Source: Candidatus Aenigmatarchaeota archaeon (lineage in GTDB: Archaea > Aenigmatarchaeota > Aenigmatarchaeia > QMZS01). Taken from it: a DNA stretch of 62,456 nt. The position numbers and the translations under genes are program-made. The stretch is taken from assembly GCA_030614705.1 (NCBI GenBank), contig JAUWTN010000001.1, forward strand, positions 1 through 62,456, written 5' to 3'. Position 1 is the stretch's first letter. Every line of letters begins with the position of its first letter. Below are positions 18,804 to 25,941 of this stretch, piece after piece. The notes under the pieces are model-generated. The model made no database searches. It saw nothing but the letters and a program-made list of their open reading frames with translations, and was not told the origin of the DNA.

Positions 18804-18924
18804 CGCTGGGGCTGGGATTCGATTATGGCACTGTTCGAGAAAATCAACGAACAAGTGTACCCAGGGATCCATTACAGAAACTAGCTTAGCAGGCTAGCGC
18901 CTTAAGCCACTCGGCCACCCCAGC
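18804..18924 (-). tRNA. tRNA-Ser(GCU) with a 36-nt T-loop intron (about position 54/55)
   Basis: Hand-folded. Acceptor GCTGGGG/CCCCAGC, anticodon stem CTAGC/GCTAG, loop CTGCTAA, long variable arm, T stem CTGGG/CCCAG. Intron 18858-18823; mature length 85 nt; no CCA. Confidence 0.85.
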
Positions 18925-18930
18925 ATAATT
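18925..18930 (-). promoter_or_regulatory. Conserved AATTAT hexamer at -6..-1 of the tRNA
   Basis: Identical hexamer and position as at the other three tRNAs. Confidence 0.35.
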
Positions 18931-19022
18931 AATTTATAAATTTTAGTTTAGGGTAAATTTTGACTCAAAATAATTAATTAAATTAAACTTGCCAATATAT
19001 ATAAAATAATACAAACTAAAAT

Positions 19023-19868
19023 ATGGGAATCTATAACAAAATTTCAGTAGTTTTTTTAATGGGTTTAGTAATAGCGATGAGCGGTTGTACAGATACTGGC
19101 GGAGAATCCACGATAGCAGCAGGAACACAAGGACTAAATATCGAATATTTTGGACCTGATGTAGAATATCCAGTATCCGGTCAGGACATAACTCTTGAAA
19201 CCAGACTTAGAAATATTGGTGGGGTAGAAGCAAGCAATGTTGAAAGCACCATCTATTTATTAAGTTGGGATACAAGAAATTCTCAAAACGCATGCACACA
19301 AGGATTAAGACCACCAAATGCTGAAATCGGCAGAGATGGAGAAGAATGCAAAATAACTGACGATACAACAGCACCGGAAGTAACAGAAACACAAACCTAT
19401 GATGTTGGAGTACACATAAACTATGATTACAGCACAAATACCGTAGCAACTGTTTATGCTTTCTCTGAAAACGAATATGTTAAAAAAATGGAGGCAAACC
19501 AAGCCATACCTAAGGTAAAAAATGTAAAAAACAGCAATGCTCCAATTCATGTTGAAGTGAGAGTGCAGAATGTATTAAAAACAGGCGGAACTGTTCCAAT
19601 CACACTAATTTTCAGAAATGTTGGAGGCGGTAATGTAAAATACGAAAACCAACACTATGTGATAGACACTGCAGACGTGCATATTAATGGCAATTTCCTT
19701 GACAGTTGCCCACCTATAAATATGAAAGGTGGTCGAGAAGGTTCATGCACAGTGCAAGTGGACATACCTGCTGGTGAAGAAGTAAAATTACCTATCGAAA
19801 TAATAACCAGTTACACCTATGTAACTTCTGCTGAAACAAAAATAGTGGTACATCCAAAATTAACATAA
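19023..19868 (+). CDS. Secreted lipoprotein-like protein with two CARDB-like beta-sandwich motifs
   Basis: 281 aa; signal peptide ending in MSGC; ITLETRLRNIGGVEASNV and ITLIFRNVGGGNV. Confidence 0.55.
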   Translation: MGIYNKISVVFLMGLVIAMSGCTDTGGESTIAAGTQGLNIEYFGPDVEYPVSGQDITLETRLRNIGGVEASNVESTIYLLSWDTRNSQNACTQGLRPPNAEIGRDGEECKITDDTTAPEVTETQTYDVGVHINYDYSTNTVATVYAFSENEYVKKMEANQAIPKVKNVKNSNAPIHVEVRVQNVLKTGGTVPITLIFRNVGGGNVKYENQHYVIDTADVHINGNFLDSCPPINMKGGREGSCTVQVDIPAGEEVKLPIEIITSYTYVTSAETKIVVHPKLT

Positions 19869-19936
19869 ACCCTTTTATTTTTTATTTTAGAATATATTTT
19901 ATTTTATGAATTAATTATATTTTTACTGATTTGATT

Positions 19937-21685
19937 ATGGTGGATTATAAAAAAATAGGTTTAAAAATTGGCATAGAAATACACCAGAGATTGGCAACAA
20001 AAACAAAACTATTCTGCAATTGTTCAACAGAAATTTCAGAAGATGAAAAACCTATTTTTGAATTCTCAAGAAAATTAAGACCCACTGCAAGCGAGACCGG
20101 AGAAATTGATAATGCCGCAATGCAGGAATTCTTAAAAGAAAAAGAATTTACATATTATTCTTATCCAAACTGCTGCTCTGTTGAAACAGATTCAAAATTT
20201 CCAAATGAATTAAACGAAGAAGCTCTTCTGATTAGTTTACAATTAGCTAAAATGTTAAAAATGTGTGTTCCTGATTCATTGCAAATAATGAGAAAAGTTG
20301 TTATTGACGGGAGCAACACAACAGGTTACCAAAGAACTTCATTGGTTGGAAAAGGAGATGGAGATTCATACATTGAAACCAGTTTTGGGAAAGTTCATAT
20401 TCAGGATTTAAACCTTGAAGAAGAAAGCGCAACAAAAATCAAAGAAAAAGAAAATATGATTTATTACCGGCTTGATAGATTGGGAATTCCATTAATTGAA
20501 CTTAGTTGCCACCCGGATATCTGGCATCCTGAACAGGCAAAAGAATTTGCATCAAAAATTGGGTTGTTGCTCAGAAGCCTTAAAGTGCAAAGAGGTATTG
20601 GAACCATAAGACAGGATGTAAATATCTCAGTAAAAAAAGGTTCCAGAATAGAAATAAAAGGATTTCAGGAATTAAAAAAACTTGACAAACTGATAGAAAA
20701 TGAAGTTAAAAGACAGCTGGATTTAATTTTAGTAAAAGAAAAATTAAAAAATAAATCAATAAATTTAACTGAAAAAGAAGTGAATGGTTTATTTAAATCA
20801 TCAAAATGCAAAATTCTAAAAGGTAAAGAAAAAATATTGTGTTTGAAACTGGAAGGTCTCTCAGGATTATTCAAGAATCCATGCGGCGAAATAACTCTCG
20901 GAAAAGAAATTGCAAATTATGCAAAAGTCTTCGGGATTGGAGGAATTATCCACTCGGATGAAGACCTTAAAAAATATAATTTTGATTTGAAAGAAATTAA
21001 TCAATTAAAAAAAGAAATTAATTCAAAAGAAAAAGATTTGTTTTTGTTGATAACTGGGAAAAACTGCGGGAATGCAATGAAGTTGATTAAAAAGAGAATT
21101 TTATATCTTGGTAAAGGAGTGCCTGAAGAAACCAGATTTGCAGAAGATATCCTTACAAGATATGCCCGTGAATTGCCTGGAGCTGCAAGAATGTACCCAG
21201 AAACAGACCTACCAAAAATAAACCTCAACAAATATTTAAATAAAATAGAAGTACCTGAAACTCTTGAAGAAAAATCAGAAAAATTTTTAAAATTTGGTTT
21301 AAGCAAAGACTTGGCTGAACAGATTTCAAAAAGCAAAGAATTGGATTTATTTGAAAAACTTTTAAAATACAAAGTTGAGCCTAAAATAATTGCTGATTTA
21401 ATTTTAAACAAAAAAAGAGCTTTGAAGAGAAAAGGAATTAAAATTGAAAAAAATGATTTAGAATTTGTTCTTAAAAATTTGGAAAATGGAAAAATTACAA
21501 AAAAAGCAATGGAAGATGTTTTAATCAATAAAAAAATCAAAGGATTTGAAAAAATTTCCGGGATTGAACTAAAAAAGATTATTGGCGAATATTCAAAAAA
21601 ATACGGGAAAAAGGCAATGAGTGAAATTATGAAAAAATATGGGAAGAGGGTTAATAGTGAAGAAGTTTTGGAATTGTTAAAGTAA
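19937..21685 (+). CDS. gatE: Glu-tRNA(Gln) amidotransferase subunit E (archaeal GatE)
   Basis: N-terminus MVDYKKIGLKIGIEIHQRLATKTKLFCNC matches the GatE/GatB cradle-domain start; the length (about 582 aa) fits GatE. ATG at 19937 preferred over the TTG at 19931. Confidence 0.8.
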   Translation: MVDYKKIGLKIGIEIHQRLATKTKLFCNCSTEISEDEKPIFEFSRKLRPTASETGEIDNAAMQEFLKEKEFTYYSYPNCCSVETDSKFPNELNEEALLISLQLAKMLKMCVPDSLQIMRKVVIDGSNTTGYQRTSLVGKGDGDSYIETSFGKVHIQDLNLEEESATKIKEKENMIYYRLDRLGIPLIELSCHPDIWHPEQAKEFASKIGLLLRSLKVQRGIGTIRQDVNISVKKGSRIEIKGFQELKKLDKLIENEVKRQLDLILVKEKLKNKSINLTEKEVNGLFKSSKCKILKGKEKILCLKLEGLSGLFKNPCGEITLGKEIANYAKVFGIGGIIHSDEDLKKYNFDLKEINQLKKEINSKEKDLFLLITGKNCGNAMKLIKKRILYLGKGVPEETRFAEDILTRYARELPGAARMYPETDLPKINLNKYLNKIEVPETLEEKSEKFLKFGLSKDLAEQISKSKELDLFEKLLKYKVEPKIIADLILNKKRALKRKGIKIEKNDLEFVLKNLENGKITKKAMEDVLINKKIKGFEKISGIELKKIIGEYSKKYGKKAMSEIMKKYGKRVNSEEVLELLK

Positions 21686-21703
21686 TCTCTTTGAGATAAA
21701 AAA

Positions 21704-21991
21704 CTAATTGTTAAAACCTTGGCCACGGACGCAACGCACCCGCTGATCTGAATTTACATGAAGAGAATTATCAACCATGCAATTGGTGTCATAAAAATAT
21801 TTTGCTTTTGCATAAAGCCCATTATTTTCAGACGACCAATAATTGCTCTGAAACACAGACTCCCCAAAACAAGTAGTTGAATACTCTTTCATAATACAAG
21901 AATCTGAAATACACAAACTATGTAGTGTTGACAGGTCAGGAAGAATCCAGTCATCAAAGCCATAGGTTTCATAACCATTCCCTTCGCAATT
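21704..21991 (-). CDS. DUF1566 (Lcl C-terminal domain)-like segment, in frame with the upstream Cys-rich ORF across one TGA; status uncertain (readthrough, nonsense mutation or separate gene)
   Basis: Translation after the TGA: NCEGNGYETYGFDDWILPDLSTLHSL...NYWSSE...QRVRCVRGQ. The DWxLP, YWSS and VRCVR motifs are the DUF1566 hallmarks. There is no in-frame ATG/GTG before the domain core; the first TTG is at 21916. Confidence 0.45.
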   Translation of the reverse strand, partial: NCEGNGYETYGFDDWILPDLSTLHSLCISDSCIMKEYSTTCFGESVFQSNYWSSENNGLYAKAKYFYDTNCMVDNSLHVNSDQRVRCVRGQGFNN

Positions 21992-24382
21992 TCAAAGACA
22001 ATCATCAGCACAGGAAGTAACAGTCTCATCACAGTTGCAAACCCCATCTCCGCATTCAGAACCGCAATCCTCGCAGCAGATCAGAGAATCTTCATTGGAA
22101 TCGCATCTTCCATCTTCACACACAGCGCAATGTTCTAGATAATCCAAAGAATCCTTTTCGCATGTTGAACCATCGCAAACCAACTCAAATTCACAGGTGC
22201 AGAAAGGACTGCATGAAGGTTTAGTGCAAGTATTTGGAGCTAAAAATTTACAAGTAGTTAAATCATTAAGCTCGCATTCTTCAGAACCTTCCAGCACACC
22301 ATCCCTACAAACCGTGTTCAAATTCAAAGTAGTGTAACTCAAAATTAATGCGTTTCCAGTATAAAAGAAATATTGGTCTTCCAATAACCCAGGGGCACTT
22401 ATCTCAAGTTCGCAGGTATATTCTCCAGCTAAAACATCGCCCTCAAAAATATTGTTTCTTTCTTCAATAGCAATATTTTTATTTATCTCGCAACCATCAA
22501 GCCCAATAATATTTATCTCTCCGTCATAATTTTTTTTATCAAAAAATAACATTATTTTTACATGCGCTAACTTATCAAAATAAGTATTTAATTTTAAAGT
22601 TGTTTTATAAGTATTCATATCTTTCGAAAATAATATTCTTGAATTCTTGTCTTCAACAATAGTATTCCTGCAGTGCCAGGTTCCATCCTGGCAGACGCAA
22701 TTTTTATATTCCTTGGATTGTGCCACTTCATTGTCCCCAACACAAACACCAGTTTTTAATCCGCACTTCCCCTCAGGACAACAAATGCTATCCCTCTGAT
22801 CATATAAGATGCGTTTGCAAAAAAGCTCAGTGCCTGAATCCTCCGAACCCGCACAATCACAATCTCTTGAGCATATTTCACCCAATTCCCTTTTACCCCA
22901 TATTTCATCTTTGCATTCCCACAAACAAATCTCCTCATCAATATTTAAAGCATGTCCTCCTTCCTCATAACAAATTGCTTCAGCACCTGATTCGCTATGA
23001 GCACAAGTTCCTTTAGGGCAACAATAATATTCATTTTCATCACCGGCAATATTTGAAGGATTGTCCTGAGAACAATAAGAACTTGACCAGCACTCATCAG
23101 ATTTGTAATTGCAACCATAACCGTCCGGAGTATAACAATCAACATGATAATCAAATATTTCTCCCTGTATATTTTCAAATAAAGAAAAAGTAGCTACCGC
23201 GCCATCGGTATACTGTTTGATAATCTTCTGAGTCCCGTCACCCCCAATATCAAAACCATAAAGATTCTTGGAAAGCTCTATCTGAACGAATTCTTCGCCT
23301 GGCATAATATAAGCAACAACATCCTTGGTCTCGCCTGGAAATGAAACCGGGTAAACCAAATAAGAATTTTGATAGCCTGATGAAGGGTTATAAGCATCTG
23401 GGTGCATTGGATTTTTATTAAAAAATAATTGATAATCATGGATTGTTTTTCCGCAATTATCGGTGTAATCTCCGGATTCCCCTGTAACAAAATTCCACAT
23501 CCCATTATCGCATTTTAAAGAATCACCTTGATATTGTATTACCGCACCATTGGAATAACAATATAAATCCTGATCTATACTATCAACAAGATTATTATAC
23601 TTTGGCAGTCCATTCGTGATTTCTACATTCAATCCCAGATGTGGGCACTGTCCTGAAGGACAACAATAATTTCTCCCATTTGCAAAATCAGGAGCGCAAT
23701 TTCGGGATTGGCATGGATGGGAATCTGTTATTTGAGTGGAATCGCATTCATGATGATTCTTGATTTCATAATAATTGCAATAACATCCTCCACCCATATT
23801 TGCAGAGTGATAATCTATATCTAATATATATTCATGGGGTTTTGGAAATGTTGATATCACCCAATCCCCATCACTTGCAGCGCTGCAACTCGCCAATCCA
23901 TCATATACTGGAGCATTATCCATACACCAACCTTTACAAAATTCTTCTTCGCAGTCACATCCATCATTACCCCCCCCACAACTCGTTTCATAGCAAGTTT
24001 GCCAAGGTCGGCAGGTCGTGGTTGGGTAAATACATTTATAAGCATCACCACAACAATACTCACAAGTATCACACCCAAATTCATTGCAATTGCAAGGATA
24101 AGAACACATCTGACAACAATCAGAATTACTATAATGAATACAATCTGAATCTGTAAAAGTATAAGGTGTGGGATAAAGATAAGTTGTACTAAAATCATAA
24201 CTTCTACTAATCTGATCTTCATGATACCAGACCATCAAAGGGTTGGAATTTATAAGATTTGGAAGTTCGCAACGGGAATTTCCGCAATCACAAGAAGAAT
24301 CACAAGAACCACATCCAAAAATAAATCCCATTTGAGCAAATAATAGAAAAATCCCTAAAGATAAAATAATTAAGCCCCTCAT
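21992..24382 (-). CDS. Large secreted cysteine-rich protein (78 Cys in 796 aa by hand count) with a repeated CCPxGxC module
   Basis: Signal peptide MRGLIILSLGIFLLFAQMGFIFGC. Three modules centred on NYCCPSGQC, YYCCPKGTC and SICCPEGKC. C-terminal CxDGxC...E..C..DC repeats (VCRDGVLEGSEEC, CGDGVCNCDETVTSCADDC). Confidence 0.7.
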   Translation of the reverse strand: MRGLIILSLGIFLLFAQMGFIFGCGSCDSSCDCGNSRCELPNLINSNPLMVWYHEDQISRSYDFSTTYLYPTPYTFTDSDCIHYSNSDCCQMCSYPCNCNEFGCDTCEYCCGDAYKCIYPTTTCRPWQTCYETSCGGGNDGCDCEEEFCKGWCMDNAPVYDGLASCSAASDGDWVISTFPKPHEYILDIDYHSANMGGGCYCNYYEIKNHHECDSTQITDSHPCQSRNCAPDFANGRNYCCPSGQCPHLGLNVEITNGLPKYNNLVDSIDQDLYCYSNGAVIQYQGDSLKCDNGMWNFVTGESGDYTDNCGKTIHDYQLFFNKNPMHPDAYNPSSGYQNSYLVYPVSFPGETKDVVAYIMPGEEFVQIELSKNLYGFDIGGDGTQKIIKQYTDGAVATFSLFENIQGEIFDYHVDCYTPDGYGCNYKSDECWSSSYCSQDNPSNIAGDENEYYCCPKGTCAHSESGAEAICYEEGGHALNIDEEICLWECKDEIWGKRELGEICSRDCDCAGSEDSGTELFCKRILYDQRDSICCPEGKCGLKTGVCVGDNEVAQSKEYKNCVCQDGTWHCRNTIVEDKNSRILFSKDMNTYKTTLKLNTYFDKLAHVKIMLFFDKKNYDGEINIIGLDGCEINKNIAIEERNNIFEGDVLAGEYTCELEISAPGLLEDQYFFYTGNALILSYTTLNLNTVCRDGVLEGSEECELNDLTTCKFLAPNTCTKPSCSPFCTCEFELVCDGSTCEKDSLDYLEHCAVCEDGRCDSNEDSLICCEDCGSECGDGVCNCDETVTSCADDCL

Positions 24383-24424
24383 AAATACCTATTATTTTGG
24401 CTTTATTATTCTGTTAATTACCTT

Positions 24425-24748
24425 TTATTTATACGCTCTCAATTCCTTCTCAAGTTCACTTATTCTCTTTTCTTCCGCGGCTTCTGTTTTTCTCTTTTTA
24501 CTGGATAATTCAGCATAAACATTCTTTAATCCATGTTCAACAGACGCAGCAATCCGATTCCTGTCAAGTCTCCTCAAATCCTGACCTTCCAGAGTTCTCA
24601 ACTCCTGCTCCACGCTATCCAATTGATTTAAAATCCTGCTTTTTGAAGAACCTTCCATTCTCAAAGCTCTTAACCTATATCTGCACCACTTTTTTCGTAA
24701 ACCTCTAACCCTTCCGTTAAATCCAAAAAATAAATCCAATCCAAGCAT
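24425..24748 (-). CDS. Hypothetical basic coiled-coil protein
   Basis: 107-aa ORF; may start at Met31 (24658), which would leave a normal divergent promoter with pfdB. Confidence 0.4.
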   Translation of the reverse strand: MLGLDLFFGFNGRVRGLRKKWCRYRLRALRMEGSSKSRILNQLDSVEQELRTLEGQDLRRLDRNRIAASVEHGLKNVYAELSSKKRKTEAAEEKRISELEKELRAYK

Positions 24749-24774
24749 AATAATATTTAAATCCTATTATAAAT

Positions 24775-25122
24775 ATGACAGAACTACCTAAAGAAGCTCA
24801 GGATTTACTGATGAAAGTACAGATGCAAAATCAGGAATTGCAGGAAATCATTATGCAAAAGCAAAACCAGGAAATGCAGAAAATGGAAATAGAAGAAGCT
24901 CTTAAAGAAATAAAAGACAAAACCGAAATATATAAAGAAATTGGGGGAATTCTTGTTAAAACAGATAAAGATAAAATACAGAAAGAACTTGATGAAGAAA
25001 AAGAAATGTTGGTCGTAAGAGAAAAACAAAGAGATGCAAAAGAAGATAAGCTAAAATCAGAAATGGAAGAAAATCAGAAAAAATTAATGGGTTTTATTCA
25101 AGGCGCAAATCCAGCAGGATAA
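24775..25122 (+). CDS. pfdB: Prefoldin beta subunit
   Basis: 115 aa; two coiled-coil arms flanking the central hairpin IYKEIGGILVKTDKDKIQKEL. Confidence 0.75.
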   Translation: MTELPKEAQDLLMKVQMQNQELQEIIMQKQNQEMQKMEIEEALKEIKDKTEIYKEIGGILVKTDKDKIQKELDEEKEMLVVREKQRDAKEDKLKSEMEENQKKLMGFIQGANPAG

Positions 25123-25188
25123 ATTTTTGTTAGATGTTTGGATGAACTATTTAACAGTAATTTGATTAAGAGGATTAAAAATATAGAA

Positions 25189-25710
25189 TTAATCCAAAAG
25201 TTCAACTATTCTCTCTGCAAATTCTTTTGCTGCCTGAGGTCCGTTTGCAGTCACAATTTTGCCGTCCTGCTCAACATTTGCCCCCGTATAATTTGCTCCG
25301 CCTTCTTCCAGTATTTTTATAAACATCTGGTCTCCTGAATCCCATATTGTTGCTTTTTTCCCCTTCAAAATTCCCGCTTTTGCCAAAATGCCCGGAGCAA
25401 TGCAGATTGCCGCAGTAATTTTACCATTTTCATAAAACAATTTAGCCAATTCCAAAGTAATCTTGTCCTCATAATATATTGAAGAACCAGAGCCCCCAAC
25501 AAATACAATAGTATCATAATACGCCACATCTATTTCTCCAACATCTTTATCGACCTCTGCTGTTGCATTAAACATCCCAGTTGCCTGTTTTACGCCTTTA
25601 GAAGCCACAGTAACATCAAATCCTAAGTTCTCAAAAATCTGCTTTGGAATCATAAACTCCTCGTCTCGGAAATTCTTCGGAGCAATTACCATCAAAATCC
25701 TTTTTCCCAT
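25189..25710 (-). CDS. DJ-1/PfpI family protein
   Basis: 173 aa; DTIVFVGGSG and nucleophile-elbow AAICIAPGILAKAG motifs. Confidence 0.85.
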   Translation of the reverse strand: MGKRILMVIAPKNFRDEEFMIPKQIFENLGFDVTVASKGVKQATGMFNATAEVDKDVGEIDVAYYDTIVFVGGSGSSIYYEDKITLELAKLFYENGKITAAICIAPGILAKAGILKGKKATIWDSGDQMFIKILEEGGANYTGANVEQDGKIVTANGPQAAKEFAERIVELLD

Positions 25711-25732
25711 ATTAAAATAAATTACAAAAGTA

Positions 25733-25738
25733 AATTAT
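25733..25738 (+). promoter_or_regulatory. Conserved AATTAT hexamer at -6..-1 of the tRNA
   Basis: Identical hexamer and position as at the other three tRNAs; TATA-like TTAAAATA at about -27..-20. Confidence 0.35.
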
Positions 25739-25941
25739 AGCCCCGTAGTGTAGTGGCCAATCATTGCGTTAGCGTATTTTCCGTTAACGTGAGCCTTTAA
25801 GAAAGACTCAAGTGAAAAAAGGGTTATGCATATAGGACTCTGAATCCTATGACCGCGGTTCGAATGAACTTTTCAAAACTGTTGAAAAGGTCTGCACCCC
25901 AAAACACAAATTAGGGTGGAACGAGCATCCGCGCGGGGCTA
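25739..25941 (+). tRNA. tRNA-Gln(CUG) with two introns (D-loop 67 nt, T-loop 63 nt)
   Basis: Hand-folded. Exons 25739-25760, 25828-25865 and 25929-25941 total 73 nt. Acceptor AGCCCCG/CGGGGCT, D stem GTGT/GCAT, anticodon stem TAGGA/TCCTA, loop CTCTGAA, T arm CGCGG-TTCGAAT-CCGCG, no CCA. Confidence 0.8.
25851..25941 (+). repeat. 91-nt block (tRNA-Gln 3' part including the 63-nt T-loop intron), inverted copy of 16693-16783
   Basis: 90/91 identical by direct comparison; the single difference is at 25889. Confidence 0.9.

Noticed and set aside
21001-21726. 241-aa minus-strand ORF inside gatE. Similar long shadow ORFs are 5678-6172 (in PCNA), 16163-16570 (in tsaC), 9893-10219 (in dnaG), 33061-33498 (in pheS), and 34280-34723 and 35081-35293 (in infB).
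   Set aside because: All lie antisense to genes with strong family signatures. Their translations are low-complexity S/F/L/I-rich strings typical of the reverse frame of K/E-rich AT-rich genes. None has a motif.
21704-21850. The DUF1566 C-terminus as the variable region of a diversity-generating retroelement.
   Set aside because: I could recognise no reverse transcriptase ORF and no second copy (template repeat) of this sequence anywhere in the 62 kb. It would need a genome-wide search.
21992-21994. The in-frame TGA as a selenocysteine codon, in a Cys-rich context (DDCL-U-NCEG).
   Set aside because: I see no SECIS-like element or Sec machinery in the window. TGA is clearly used as an ordinary stop elsewhere, for example at the ATGA overlaps at 47555, 49492, 50796 and 54628. 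Kept only as something to exclude.
22720-24222. Several 60-120-aa ORFs on both strands within the Cys-rich protein gene (22720-23016, 22756-22941, 22945-23178, 23278-23505, 23800-24156, 23857-24222).
   Set aside because: They are nested in a 796-aa ORF that has a signal peptide and coherent repeat structure. The alternative frames give compositionally odd peptides with no motifs.
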